The notes under the pieces were generated by a model. That model worked only from the letters and a program-made list of their open reading frames with translations, was not told the origin of the DNA and ran no database searches. A stretch of DNA of 64,000 bases from a virus, in IMG/VR virus record IMGVR_UViG_3300001269_000001, positions 1 to 64,000 of that record; one strand, given 5' to 3'. The translations under genes were made by a program, and so were the position numbers. Shown here one piece after another: positions 52,064 through 63,700 of this stretch; the first letter of the stretch is position 1; the number at the start of each line of letters is the position of its first letter.

Positions 52064-53716
52064 ATGGCAGTAACTACAATTTCGTATGAAACAACCCCCT
52101 CTGGCGGTGCAGTTAAGGTTGACACTACAGATGAGTACTCAGCACTTGTTTTTGTAGCACTATCTTCTTTTTCAGATAGTAGTGTGGATGGTGCTGGTGA
52201 AAACTTCAATAAACAGTATTCTATTGGCAGCTCTGACGGTACTGTATTTGGTGACTGGACTGATTACACAACAGAAAATATTCGTAACTTTGAGGCTAGT
52301 AACTTAACGGAGTTTCATGTTAGGTGGCGCTTTCTTTTAGATGGTGCCGACCCTGTTAGTCCGGGTGTTGGTGAGGAGGTTTTAGTATCATCACTGGACA
52401 GTGTAGGTAACACACAATCCTTTAACAGAAGTGCATTTTCAACATACTTCAATGCAGGTGATGTTAGGTGTATGAACTGGTGCATAAACGTTTTAGAAAA
52501 AGTTTATGAGGAAGGGATTGTACCTAATTATATGGAAAGGCGTGAGGGCTCTGTAACCCTAGACATAGACTATATAGAATATTGGAAGTCAGTTACTATT
52601 TTCTTCTCATACCTAGTCGTTATTGCTAGAACTGTTGAGGGTTACTTAGATGATGTTGAAGTGGCTAAAGAGTACCTTACCCAGTTTGGTGTTCAGCTAT
52701 GTGGTGGTGAATCACTCTTTGAACTTCAAACAATTGCTAGATCTATCTTTAAGAACTTTAGGGAGAGAGGTACTATAGAGTCATTTAAAAAATCCTCAGA
52801 AAGGGATTTTATAGTCCATGGAGAAGTTCTTAGGATGATTTGTTTTGATGATGACGACGACGACTTTTTTAAGGTAAGTGTTAATAGACCCTATGATATT
52901 GGGTGGTCTTTAAACAACTCATCACCTCTTTATACAGGTACGCGTGGTGTTCTTCCTTTAAACTTAGGATATGATGATACTATAGGTATTGATGAAATAA
53001 CAAATTACCCCATAAATTTTCAAAACGCAACAGGTGTTAGTGCAGTTGTTGATGCAAATACTTTTGATGGTTCTCAAAATGTTTTCGAAGTAACTCCCGG
53101 AACTGGTCAGGGTGGTGTTGGATCACCTTTTTATGGTCAGGCCAACAACTTTGCAATAACAATAAATCCAAACATATCATATGAGATAACAGCTAAGGTT
53201 AAGCAGAACTCAAACAATAGGAACGGGTTAACTTTTGGGTGTCATGCACTTGTGTCAGGCTCAACTTCAATAACAAACAATGCACTTGGGGATGTCTCAA
53301 ATTCAGATACGCCATCAGACTTCTTCTTTCAACAAGCAGCCCTTCCAATTGAGGATCAGTATTACTTGTTTAGTGGTATTATTTTTGCGTATGGAACCAC
53401 AATAACAGATGCAACACATGCTATATCAGGTATTGGTCAGAACCACTTAAGGTTTCTTAATCAAGATGTTATAAAAATACTGCCTTTCTTTTACACAGAT
53501 CCTGATGGAGCAACTGACTATACACTAAGCATATATGACATAAAAGTTAAGCCACTGTCTCTTGGATACTCTAAGTCTTTCTTAAATCAAAGTAATTTTA
53601 TAGACATTGTATGTACAAATAACAATTCATCGCTTTCAAATGATGATGTAGACCGTAAGTTGAGGGGTAGTTTCATCCCATACAACACATCTTTTAAAAC
53701 TTCATATTTACAATAA
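52064..53716 (+). CDS. Baseplate or tail-fibre protein
   Basis: 550 aa, downstream of the J-like gene. Confidence 0.5.
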   Translation: MAVTTISYETTPSGGAVKVDTTDEYSALVFVALSSFSDSSVDGAGENFNKQYSIGSSDGTVFGDWTDYTTENIRNFEASNLTEFHVRWRFLLDGADPVSPGVGEEVLVSSLDSVGNTQSFNRSAFSTYFNAGDVRCMNWCINVLEKVYEEGIVPNYMERREGSVTLDIDYIEYWKSVTIFFSYLVVIARTVEGYLDDVEVAKEYLTQFGVQLCGGESLFELQTIARSIFKNFRERGTIESFKKSSERDFIVHGEVLRMICFDDDDDDFFKVSVNRPYDIGWSLNNSSPLYTGTRGVLPLNLGYDDTIGIDEITNYPINFQNATGVSAVVDANTFDGSQNVFEVTPGTGQGGVGSPFYGQANNFAITINPNISYEITAKVKQNSNNRNGLTFGCHALVSGSTSITNNALGDVSNSDTPSDFFFQQAALPIEDQYYLFSGIIFAYGTTITDATHAISGIGQNHLRFLNQDVIKILPFFYTDPDGATDYTLSIYDIKVKPLSLGYSKSFLNQSNFIDIVCTNNNSSLSNDDVDRKLRGSFIPYNTSFKTSYLQ

Positions 53717-53721
53717 AAAAA

Positions 53722-56106
53722 ATGTCAAAACTAATATTAAAATCAAACCTGATGATTGGTAGTCAGGAACTAGGTAGGTTTCAAAAATTCATGCAGGAGG
53801 ATGGGTATAAGAGACACATAATTGAGACAACATCTAACTTTGGACTCATTAAAAATGATAGTGGCGACTGGTTGAATGGTAAAATAACTCAAGGAAGTGT
53901 TTCAGGTACAATAGATATTGGTGAAGTAAGCGCGATAGATCAGAATGGAGACTTCATAACTAAGGGCGCTCAGACAAACGTGGCTGTAATACAGGACGAT
54001 CAATGGAGGTGGGTTGCTGTTTCTTATGCAACCACTAAAAATGAAGAAGGAACCATATCGGTAGGGTCTAATGGAGCTATTACGGGTGTTGGTACTAAGT
54101 TCACTGAGGTTCTTAGAGGACAGCCAAATATTGCTTCATCAATAAAGATTACAACATCAACAACTTCAAACACTAGTGTTTATGAGGTTTTAGAAGTTAT
54201 ATCTGATACAGAGGCTGTTCTTCAAGGTACATTTACAAACGAGTCAGACCTTAACTGGGCAGTGGTTGGCTCGTTTGACCCCGGGGTATCTCCAACATTA
54301 GAAGCGGACTACCCTTTTGAATATGACAGTGCTAGTATTGAGTACTTTTTAATGGTTCCTCAGACTGAACCACCAACACTTCCTTTCTTTTTAATTGAAG
54401 GTGAACAATTTTTACTTGGAAGGGTTCGTGGTAGAGCTGGTACTGTAGAAATTGAGGATTGGAGGCAAAACTATGTCTACAAAAGTAAGGATGAGTCACT
54501 AACAAATACTGTTGGATTTAGCGCCAACCCGTTGATAGCTGTTGAATCAGTAAAATTTAAGCCTAATAATTCATCCTTAATGGACAATATTGTTCAGGTT
54601 GGATGGGGTATGAGGTCTTCAAACTATACAATAGACGGTAACTCAAACACTTTAACTATAAATTCAGGAGAAGGTGGTGTTTTTAAATCAACTGCTGACT
54701 TTACAAATGGTGATTTTGATGGTTGGAGGGTTTACAGTGCTTTTCAGGAGGAGTATTCAACAGTTGTTACTAGTAGCCGTACAACTACACAGATAAATCT
54801 TTTGCTTGACACCATTAATGGGTCTGAATTTGGTGGTGAAATATCAGTAGTTCCACCTTCAAACAACATAACCATAACATCAACAGCATTTGATAATGAT
54901 GGAATATCAGTGCAGCTAGATAGCTCATCAAATAGGGTTGATACTTTCTTAATGAGAGATGGAGTTGGATACATTGAACTTCCTGTTTTTAACGACCCAA
55001 GTGTTTACCAACTTTCTTATGGGTACTCTACAGGGTCATCTGGAATAAATCTTTCAAACTTCCCTGACGACACTGTTGGTTATTATGACGAGTCTTCTTT
55101 CCAAGAAAATGGTAGTTTAAACTCAAATCCTGTTGACAGGACACGAGTTCCAAACACAACTGGCAGGGTTACGCTACAGCTAAGTAATAACTCTTATTCA
55201 AACTTTAAGAGTAGAGTTGATCCCGGAGATGCTTTTGGGGCTGAGGTTTTGGAACTTGATAATGCATCTCCAATAGTTGAGGTTGAAACTGGTGATGACT
55301 TGCAGTATCAGTTAGTGGATGCAGGGATAACCCTTACAATAGACCATTTTATCAGCCTAGAGACTGTTAATGCAAGTAATGGAAACAGGTTTTTGTTTAG
55401 GATAAACAAAGGTGATGGTACTCTTGATAGAGGTTCTTTTTCTTTGAAGTTTGTCCAAGATTATGTTGACTTGGTTGATACAGGTACCGAATTACTTGAT
55501 ATTGATGACACCTATGAGGTGTATATAAATGACTCCAATAGTGGTAATCTATTGATAGAGTTTATATTTGATGGAACTAATTGGCTACCACAATCTTACG
55601 TTTCTGCATATACAGCCCCTAGAAGGGATGGAGGGGTTACTTTAACCGGTGTTCAAGATTATAGCACTGCTTTTGATTTGTCAGATGAAGGTAATACTGC
55701 TTTGACTCACAAAGGATATGTTGATAGTGGACTTACAAGCAAACTTGATAGCTCTAAAATTGATTTAGCCACTGGCAGTAATAATATTAGGTTTAAAACT
55801 ATTGACATTGGTGCTTGGAATATGGATACTACTGCTGCTGTAGGTATAGCACATGGTTTAGGGTCTAACTGGTTAAATGTGGCTTCAATAAACGCAATGA
55901 TATATGGTGAAGATGAAGGCCCGGGTCAGATTGTAAGACCACTCGTTGGAGCTGAGTCAAATACGGATGGTGACAGCTCAGGAACTATTACTTTAAACTC
56001 GCTTAACATAACACTACTTAGGCTTGATGGTGGTATTTTTGATAATGCTCTTTTCAATGATACCTCTATAAACAGAGGAAAAATTATTATAACATATACA
56101 GTCTAA
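53722..56106 (+). CDS. Tail fibre or receptor-binding protein
   Basis: 794 aa. It is the largest complete ORF in the window, lies at the end of the tail module and is rich in Thr, Ser, Gly and Asn. Confidence 0.55.
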   Translation: MSKLILKSNLMIGSQELGRFQKFMQEDGYKRHIIETTSNFGLIKNDSGDWLNGKITQGSVSGTIDIGEVSAIDQNGDFITKGAQTNVAVIQDDQWRWVAVSYATTKNEEGTISVGSNGAITGVGTKFTEVLRGQPNIASSIKITTSTTSNTSVYEVLEVISDTEAVLQGTFTNESDLNWAVVGSFDPGVSPTLEADYPFEYDSASIEYFLMVPQTEPPTLPFFLIEGEQFLLGRVRGRAGTVEIEDWRQNYVYKSKDESLTNTVGFSANPLIAVESVKFKPNNSSLMDNIVQVGWGMRSSNYTIDGNSNTLTINSGEGGVFKSTADFTNGDFDGWRVYSAFQEEYSTVVTSSRTTTQINLLLDTINGSEFGGEISVVPPSNNITITSTAFDNDGISVQLDSSSNRVDTFLMRDGVGYIELPVFNDPSVYQLSYGYSTGSSGINLSNFPDDTVGYYDESSFQENGSLNSNPVDRTRVPNTTGRVTLQLSNNSYSNFKSRVDPGDAFGAEVLELDNASPIVEVETGDDLQYQLVDAGITLTIDHFISLETVNASNGNRFLFRINKGDGTLDRGSFSLKFVQDYVDLVDTGTELLDIDDTYEVYINDSNSGNLLIEFIFDGTNWLPQSYVSAYTAPRRDGGVTLTGVQDYSTAFDLSDEGNTALTHKGYVDSGLTSKLDSSKIDLATGSNNIRFKTIDIGAWNMDTTAAVGIAHGLGSNWLNVASINAMIYGEDEGPGQIVRPLVGAESNTDGDSSGTITLNSLNITLLRLDGGIFDNALFNDTSINRGKIIITYTV

Positions 56107-56134
56107 CATAAACCAATATTTAACAACAAATAAA

Positions 56135-56659
56135 GTGATAAACTTATTATTTTCAGTCTTAGTAGCTTCATCAATGATTGGTGACACTACTAAAAACAGT
56201 GAAATGTTCTACATTTACACTCATACGAATGAGATCCTTCTATCTTATGATAAGTCTAGGATTGATCTTTATGTAGGCGGCTTGATATACAATGAACATA
56301 GGGAACTGCCTGCTTCAACATTGGTAATCCCTGTTGTTGACCTTCATTTAAGAAATGGGTCGATAATTGGGCATGGCTCTGTTATGAAAGCAACACCTTT
56401 TGTTAAGGTTTGTAGTAAGAAAACAGCACTTTCAAACTGGAAAGAGGGTGGTGTTAGGTTTATAACATGCAAGTCAAGTATTTTAGATAGTGTTATGTTA
56501 CTTGATGTTGAGAAGGCAGATATGTCTGTTGTTATAATGGGGTTTGATGAGTCTAGAAAAATGCTTTTTACAATAAAAAAGTATTACAAGGATGTAACTA
56601 AAACATTTATAGACACACAAACCCAGTTTTTAAATGGAAAAAAACCAAGACTTAGATGA
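56135..56659 (+). CDS. Hypothetical protein with an N-terminal signal-like segment
   Basis: 174 aa with a GTG start and N-terminus MINLLFSVLVASSMIG. Confidence 0.45.
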   Translation: MINLLFSVLVASSMIGDTTKNSEMFYIYTHTNEILLSYDKSRIDLYVGGLIYNEHRELPASTLVIPVVDLHLRNGSIIGHGSVMKATPFVKVCSKKTALSNWKEGGVRFITCKSSILDSVMLLDVEKADMSVVIMGFDESRKMLFTIKKYYKDVTKTFIDTQTQFLNGKKPRLR

Positions 56660-57234
56660 TAGAAGTTTACTATACTAACTCTAGTAGTTTTAATTCTGAA
56701 CAGGATGACCCCACCAAATCTCTTGGTGGGTTTATTTCCTGCTCAAGGGTAGCGAATGGTAGCCTTGACAATGTTTTTGGGCCCTTAACAAGCTATAGTT
56801 CCTCTGAAAGTCAGGAGGAATATAGGGCAATTGCTGTCAAGAATGTCTCAGGATTCACACTTACTTCCTTGAAGGTCTGGGTTTCTTATGCTAATGATGG
56901 TGGCTCACCAGTGTCAGAAAACACTAATACATCCATAATTGATATAGGTTTTCAAGAGCCTGTTGTTGATGACTGTAGCAATCTTAAGACAGAGCTTCTA
57001 CCTAACAGATTTTCAAGGCCATTTTTAGTACAGTTTGAAGGTGCTGAGAATGAAGTGAATGCATTGAGTCTACCAAATCTTTCAAACGACAGCTACATAG
57101 TTATTTACCTTAAAAGGTCTGCTTTAGAGTCTTCTAAAACACCCACATCAACTGATGAGTGCATTAGTATATTGAATGGAGAGACAGAAAAGATAATGTC
57201 AGAAGACATTTCTTTGTTTTTAGGTTGGGTTTGA
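56656..57234 (+). CDS. Hypothetical protein
   Basis: 192-aa ORF overlapping the upstream stop by 4 nt. Confidence 0.55.
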   Translation: MIEVYYTNSSSFNSEQDDPTKSLGGFISCSRVANGSLDNVFGPLTSYSSSESQEEYRAIAVKNVSGFTLTSLKVWVSYANDGGSPVSENTNTSIIDIGFQEPVVDDCSNLKTELLPNRFSRPFLVQFEGAENEVNALSLPNLSNDSYIVIYLKRSALESSKTPTSTDECISILNGETEKIMSEDISLFLGWV

Positions 57235-57247
57235 TGTTTTTTATTCG

Positions 57248-57255
57248 TACCTTTG
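57248..57255 (+). promoter_or_regulatory. -7-like box TACCTTTG before the replication block
   Basis: CGTACCTTTGTGGT-ATG. This is the same GTACCTTTG as at 16236-16243, and it lies only 4 nt from ATG 57260. Confidence 0.4.
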
Positions 57256-57259
57256 TGGT

Positions 57260-57769
57260 ATGGATAAAAAAGAAATAGTTCAGAAGCTGTACACCCTATT
57301 TCAAAGTAGGGTGTACAGTGGAAGTAGGATAGAGAAAATTAAAGACACCTCATTAAACAAGTTCTTATCATCCTTAGATAAGAAGTATGGATATGGATCT
57401 GTAGGCGTAAACTTCTTGCTTGATTACTTTTCATTCCAATACAATTATTGGAGCCAGCTAGATCCTGAGAGAAACCCCAACTCTAGTTGGATTATTGGTA
57501 ATAAAGCTATAAAAAGGTGGTTTGACAAGCCTGATAACTACTCTTATTTCTCAGGTCTTTTAAGGAGAAAATACAGGATATCAATAGACCATGTTATTGA
57601 ACATCATAGTGGGTCTAACCAGAATACAGACTTAGATGACACCTTTAGAAAAAGATGTTCTGACCCTAATTACCAGCTTTTACACTGTTCAATCTTGGGT
57701 TTGAGTTACAGCTTTAGAAGTTCAACATGTATAACATGCTCTCACAGAAAAAAATGTAAGGAATCTTAA
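57260..57769 (+). CDS. Hypothetical protein
   Basis: 169-aa ORF. Confidence 0.6.
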   Translation: MDKKEIVQKLYTLFQSRVYSGSRIEKIKDTSLNKFLSSLDKKYGYGSVGVNFLLDYFSFQYNYWSQLDPERNPNSSWIIGNKAIKRWFDKPDNYSYFSGLLRRKYRISIDHVIEHHSGSNQNTDLDDTFRKRCSDPNYQLLHCSILGLSYSFRSSTCITCSHRKKCKES

Positions 57770-57780
57770 AAAATAAATTT

Positions 57781-59154
57781 ATGAATGAAAATCTTCTTTA
57801 TGAAATACTAAAGGGGTGTTTTACTGGTAATTCTTTCTTAGAAACCATAAAACCACATCTTAAATACTCATTTTTACCAACAGAGCCTTATAAAAAAATA
57901 TTTAAGGCTCTTTTTGACTACCATACTATAAATGGAAGACCTCCAACTATTGGAATTATATCACAAGACCTTGAGAATGACTCTGATGTTAATTCAATAC
58001 TTAGCAGGGTAAAGAACATTGACCTTGGAGGTAGAAAAGACCTTGTAGCATTTAAGTTTGAGGAGTTTATAAAGCACTCAAGCTTTCAGGATATGTTTTA
58101 CAGGGCTAAAGACTTGTTTTCAGAGGGTAAGAAGGAGCAGGCTATATCTCTTGTTGCTAAAGAATCTGAGCAGATAAATAGATTCTCAATGGCTTCAAAG
58201 GTTCACGGAGAGCTGTATGGCGGTTTTATGTCTAGGCATAAGGATAGGCAAGGAGAGGATCAAAATGTTAGAAAGATACCTACTGGAATACCTCAGTTTG
58301 ACTATCATACACGTGGTGGATTGGAGTTTGGCACATCACTACTGGTTACAGCTAGGTCTGGTATAGGAAAATCCTTTCTTTTAAGATTTCTAGCATTTCA
58401 AGCTTCTATACGGGGCTTTAATGTTGTCCACTTCCAAGCTGAGGGTACAGAAAAAGAGTGTTACAACTACTATGATTCAATGTGGACTGGAATACCTATA
58501 GAGAAGTTAAAGATTGGTGAGTTAGGAGACCTTTCACCAGATAAGATGATTGAAAAGGTTAAAAAATTTAAGGGTCAGTGTGGTAGAATATTTGTCATTG
58601 CCTTTGAGCAATTTGATAGTGTGGACGCAAAACAATGCAGGGATAAGGTTGCTGAGTTAATGGGTATTTGTGATATACATATGGCGGTGTTCGATTATGT
58701 CGATAAAATACACCCCGGAGATGGTATACGTTATGGAGCTAATAATGAAAAGCAAAGAAAGAAAGCATCTTCCGATAAACTGGTTAACATAAGTACAGAA
58801 TTTAATATTGTTGTTGCAACTGCAACACAGTGTGATAATGTACCTAAAGACCTGTGGAACGATCCTACAAAAGTTATTGACAGGAGTAACATATCAAATG
58901 ACAAGGAGACAATTCAACCATATGCATACCACCTAACACTTAACCAGACGATTGATGAGAAGGACTCAGGAGTAATTAGGATACATGAGGATAAAATAAG
59001 GCATAACGATGTGCCTTCATGGGAGAGTACATATAAGGTTCAAGGAGATAGGGGTCGTGGCATGTTTCTATCGATAAAGGAGACTAACAATAAATTTTGG
59101 GATAAAGAAAACAAGAAAATAAAAAACCATGCACCTGTCAAGAAAAGTACTTGA
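57781..59154 (+). CDS. DnaB-like replicative helicase
   Basis: GTSLLVTARSGIGKSFLL (Walker A) and MAVFDYVDKI (Walker B), with a RecA-like C-terminal domain after a helical N-terminal domain. Confidence 0.75.
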   Translation: MNENLLYEILKGCFTGNSFLETIKPHLKYSFLPTEPYKKIFKALFDYHTINGRPPTIGIISQDLENDSDVNSILSRVKNIDLGGRKDLVAFKFEEFIKHSSFQDMFYRAKDLFSEGKKEQAISLVAKESEQINRFSMASKVHGELYGGFMSRHKDRQGEDQNVRKIPTGIPQFDYHTRGGLEFGTSLLVTARSGIGKSFLLRFLAFQASIRGFNVVHFQAEGTEKECYNYYDSMWTGIPIEKLKIGELGDLSPDKMIEKVKKFKGQCGRIFVIAFEQFDSVDAKQCRDKVAELMGICDIHMAVFDYVDKIHPGDGIRYGANNEKQRKKASSDKLVNISTEFNIVVATATQCDNVPKDLWNDPTKVIDRSNISNDKETIQPYAYHLTLNQTIDEKDSGVIRIHEDKIRHNDVPSWESTYKVQGDRGRGMFLSIKETNNKFWDKENKKIKNHAPVKKST

Positions 59155-60031
59155 ATCACTTCTTGAGAAGCCAAGGCTATCCCCGGGAGGTAATGATTTA
59201 TATGCAATATGTCCTTATTGTGGTAAGGATGAGTTTGGGATATCTCTTAAGAAAAACCACAAGTTCAACTGCTTTAGAAAGAAACACTGTGGAGAGCCCG
59301 GATCTATATTTAAACTACTAAAACATTTAGGTAGAGAAGACCTTCTTGAAAACATTCACCAGATAGACCTCTCAAAGGGTCTAGACTTTGATCTAGTGGA
59401 CGAATTTGTTAATGATGAGGTGTTGGAGCCAATTGAAGTTCCAAGGCTTTACAGGCGCTTATATAAAGATAGTTATCTAGAGAGTAGGGGTCTTACCAAG
59501 GAGGATTTTGAAAAGTATAACATTGGTTATGAAATAAACAGGAAGGACTTTGTTATATTTCTAGTTTATCACAATAAAGAGGTTGTTGGATTGGTAAAAC
59601 GTTGCAAAAGTAAAAAAATTTACCTAAATTTGGGAAACTTATCCTATACGTTCTTTGGGGTTGATGATTTGTCAGATAGCGTTGATACTGTAATTCTTGT
59701 TGAAGGGATATTTGATAAGTTAAGCATAGACAGGTCTCTTTTACTAAACAACAATGAGAATGTAAAGTGCCTAGCCACTTTTGGTGCAAAGCTATCTGAC
59801 TCACAAATTAGGATACTAAAGGAAAATAGTATAAAGAACTTATACTTCATGTTTGAAGCTGATGTTCTTAAGAAAGTTAAGTCTGCATCAATGAAGGTGG
59901 ACTCATTGTTTGAAAAGGTTAGAGTTGCTTATTTGCCGTCAGAAGACCCTGACGATATGACAAGAGCTCAGGTTATTGATAAGTTAAATAACTCAAAACC
60001 ACCTTTTAATTTCTATTACGACTACATTTAA
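59129..60031 (+). CDS. DnaG-like primase (zinc finger plus TOPRIM)
   Basis: CPYCGKDEF..NCFRKKHCG is the zinc ribbon. VILVEGIFDKLS carries the TOPRIM Glu. The acidic LPSEDPDD follows. Confidence 0.75.
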   Translation: MHLSRKVLESLLEKPRLSPGGNDLYAICPYCGKDEFGISLKKNHKFNCFRKKHCGEPGSIFKLLKHLGREDLLENIHQIDLSKGLDFDLVDEFVNDEVLEPIEVPRLYRRLYKDSYLESRGLTKEDFEKYNIGYEINRKDFVIFLVYHNKEVVGLVKRCKSKKIYLNLGNLSYTFFGVDDLSDSVDTVILVEGIFDKLSIDRSLLLNNNENVKCLATFGAKLSDSQIRILKENSIKNLYFMFEADVLKKVKSASMKVDSLFEKVRVAYLPSEDPDDMTRAQVIDKLNNSKPPFNFYYDYI

Positions 60032-60043
60032 ATTAACAAAATA

Positions 60044-60733
60044 ATGATTGAGAAGAAAAAAATAAGTACGTTTGAATTATTGTGTGACCTACAGGAAGAG
60101 TACATTCAAACCCTGATTAGGATTAAGGTGTACCCTAGAAAAAAAGATAAGGTTTTTTTTAAAGAGCTTTTAGCTAAGAAGGAGTCTAAGATTGACAGCA
60201 TATCAAAAAGAAACAGAATCAACACCCTTTTAGACAGCTCAGAAGAAAAATCTTTTTGGTGGGGTAAGGTTCTTCAAGATTTTGGAATGCCAAACTTTAA
60301 CTATACAAACAAGTATGATATGCCAAGCTATTTTGGTAAGGAGATACGTGGAACACCTATGATAGGTACTACTGTTTTAGTTGAGTCAGATCTTTTTAGC
60401 TCTGAAAGAACACTTGCCATTGTTGACTCAGTTGACCATGATAAAGGTGTTGTTGTTGTTAAAAGCAACCCACTACCTGTATGTGAATATAATTTAGGCT
60501 ACCCTATACCTAAAGAAAGTGTTAGGCCACTTACTCAGGAGGAGAATGACATACACTTCTTTCACTACCATAACAGTGAGATGTTTTTGAAAGGTGGTGG
60601 GTTGTCTTTGAAAAGAGTTGTTTCTAAAGGTCTTGATGTCAGCAATGATTTTGATACAGTTAGGGTTGTTGATGATAAAGGTCATAAATCTTTAGTGAAA
60701 ATATCTGATAGGGTTCTTAAAAGAGTAGTTTAA
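60044..60733 (+). CDS. Hypothetical protein
   Basis: 229-aa ORF. Its stop overlaps the dnaE ATG (TAATG). Confidence 0.6.
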   Translation: MIEKKKISTFELLCDLQEEYIQTLIRIKVYPRKKDKVFFKELLAKKESKIDSISKRNRINTLLDSSEEKSFWWGKVLQDFGMPNFNYTNKYDMPSYFGKEIRGTPMIGTTVLVESDLFSSERTLAIVDSVDHDKGVVVVKSNPLPVCEYNLGYPIPKESVRPLTQEENDIHFFHYHNSEMFLKGGGLSLKRVVSKGLDVSNDFDTVRVVDDKGHKSLVKISDRVLKRVV

Positions 60734-63700
60734 TGAACGACTTACTTAAATGGTTTGTAGATAACGACCTAAATGTATCAAGCTCTGGTATAAAAAACAC
60801 TATTATTATTGGTGACAAGAAATATCTTGTTATGAGTAATAGGAGCAAGGTATTAAAATACTCTTCAAAGAATAAGGCTGCAAAGCTTAATTTAAATAGC
60901 TCTGAGGTTGATATATTTGGGTCAGGAGATGTTGATTTTATAATATTCAAGATGGGTAGTCGTTTTTTTTACACAGACTGCTCAGAGAATGTTTCTTTTA
61001 ACCAGTTAAGGTATCTAGGTTCTTGCTCAACAAAACACCAGTTCGCAGTGCCAAACTTAGGCATTCGTGGTAACTTTGAATTATGTAACGGATCTGGTTC
61101 ATATAAGGACTGGTGTGCAAAGGCTAAATTTCTTGGACTACCAGCTATTGGTATTTGTGAGAAAAATACACTTGCAGGTGTTCTTGAATTTCAAAAAAAC
61201 TGTCATAGGTATGGTTTGAAGCCTATTTTAGGTGAAACAGTGTCAGTTTCAAGTGATAAAGATATATACGAAGTTTCGTTGTATGTTTCAAACGAAGAGG
61301 GTTGGCGTAACATACTAAGGATAAATAAGGAGATAAATGTTACAAATGTTGATAACAGAGTTGTTTCTGAAAAAAACCTTATAAAAAACAGTGGTGGGCT
61401 TTACTGCATGATATCATCTTCAACACCCCTTTCTAGGGATATGGTATCAATTTATAAAAATTCTAACTTTATTGAAACTTATTATCAGTTTGATTTGTCA
61501 AAGTATTCATCACCATATAGGGATTCTGAGATACTATCAAACATTGAAAGTTATTACAAAAACTATTCAAATGATTTAGGTGCTTTAATTGTTAATTATT
61601 CATTTTACCTAGAGAAGGAATACTCTCACATAAGGCATAAATTGAATAAGATTTACAAAACTTTTGAATACCAAACAGAGGATTCTTATTTTAAGACCCC
61701 TACTGAGGCAATGTCTTCAATAAAGTCTGTTTTTAAAGAAGACTCTGATTACAAAAAGTTTTTAATTAAATCACTTACAAACACCATTGAGGTTGAAAAA
61801 GGGTGTAATTTTACAATTGAGACCTCAACTTTTAAGCTTCCAGAGTATAAGATGACTGCTGAGGAGGTTGAAAAATACAGCAACCCTGAGTTAATGATCA
61901 GGTCATTAATAAAAGAGGGTTTAAAGAAAAAAATACTGGATTTAGGGAACTTTTTTGGTAAAAGTGAATCCGATTACTTAGACAGGGTTGAGAGTGAGCT
62001 TAAGGTTATAAAAAAAGGTGGTTTTATAGACTACTTCTTAATACTTTGGGATATATGCATGTATGCAGATAGAAATGGAATCCTTAGGGGTATTGGTAGA
62101 GGTAGTGCTGGTGGGTCTCTTGTAGCCTACTTACTAGACCTTACAAGAGTTAACCCTATGCAGTACAACCTTATATTTGAAAGGTTTTTGAATGAGGGTC
62201 GTATTGGTGGGTCTTTACCTGATATAGATACTGATTTTGCAGGAGAAAGGCGTGGTGAGGTTAAGAGATATATGGAAGATAAATATGGAAAACATAATGT
62301 TTGCTCTATAGGGACTTATGGAACTTTTAAGCCAAGGCAAGCACTCAGTGATTTGTGTAGGCTTGATAAGGTTCCAACACAAACAGCTCAGTATTTTTCT
62401 TCACTAATATCCCCTAACTCCTCTAGTTATGGAGATATCTTCAATGATGCTGTTTCAAAAGAACCTTTAAAGAAGTTTGTTAATGAAAAGTTTGATCTTA
62501 TTGAGGATATAATGATAATTGACGGACAGTGTAAAAACCAATCTGTTCATGCTGCTGGGGTGATAATTACACCAGAAGTTGACGCTTCTGGAAACCCAAT
62601 GCAGATTTATGATTGGATGCCTGTTAAAAGCATGGATGGGGTTCTTGTAAGTGAGTGGGAGAAGGATTTGCTTGAGGATGCTGGGTACCTTAAAGAAGAT
62701 ATCCTTGGTATTAAGCAGCTTGATAAGTTTGATCTAATATTTAAGTTGATAGAATCTCGTGGTGGGAAAGCGCCTGACTTTGAAACTATTGATTATAATG
62801 ACCCAGAAGTTCTAAAGATGTTTGGCCAAGGGTATAATCAAGACCTATTTCATTTTGGATCTAAGGGGCTGTCTAAGTACTCAATGCAAGTAGATCCTGA
62901 CAGCTTTGAAGATCTTATATCTATAATATCTTTATACCGTCCCGGTGTTATGAAGTCAGGCTCTCATGAGAAATTTATACAGCTTAAAAGAGGTGAGATT
63001 GAGCCTGAGTATGACTTTGGAATGGAGGAGATAACAAAGTCAACACTTTCATTAGTTGTCTATCAAGAGCAGATTATGATGGCCGTACAATCATTAGGGT
63101 CAATGTCTTTGGTAGATGCTGATAATGTAAGGAAAGCCATGGGTAAGAAAGATATGAATAAGATGGAGGGGTATAAGAAAGTGTTCATTGACAGTGCAGT
63201 TTCTAAAGGTTGTGATGAATTTGAAGCTGAGTCTATATGGAATAAGCTTGCAAGGTTTGCAGAGTACGGGTTTAACCGAAGTCATGCTGCTGCTTATGCA
63301 ATGACAGGCTATTTCTGCCAGTATTTAAAAAAATACCACACAATGGAGTACTGGGCTGTATCTTTGTCCTACTCAAAGTCAGATGAGGTTGTCTATAGGG
63401 TCGGAGAAATACAAGAATCTGACAATGGTATTAATGTGTTGGGCCCAGACATTAACAAATCAGGGTCTAATTTTGAAGCTGACTTTAAGTCAAACAATAT
63501 TTACTGGTCTATAAAGTCAATAGATCAAATAGGCCCTATTGCTATGGAGGCTATAATTAATTGCAGGGATGAGGGTGGTAGTTTTTATTCCTTTGAGGAG
63601 TTTTACAAAAGAATAGATAAGTCAGTTGTTAATAAAAGGGTGATATCAAACATGATAATCTGTGGGTGCTTTGACTCATTGTTTGATATAAGCCAAGAAG

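Noticed and set aside
52064-56106. A diversity-generating retroelement (DGR) targeting the fibre genes.
   Set aside because: No reverse transcriptase gene and no template/variable repeat pair were seen anywhere in the window.
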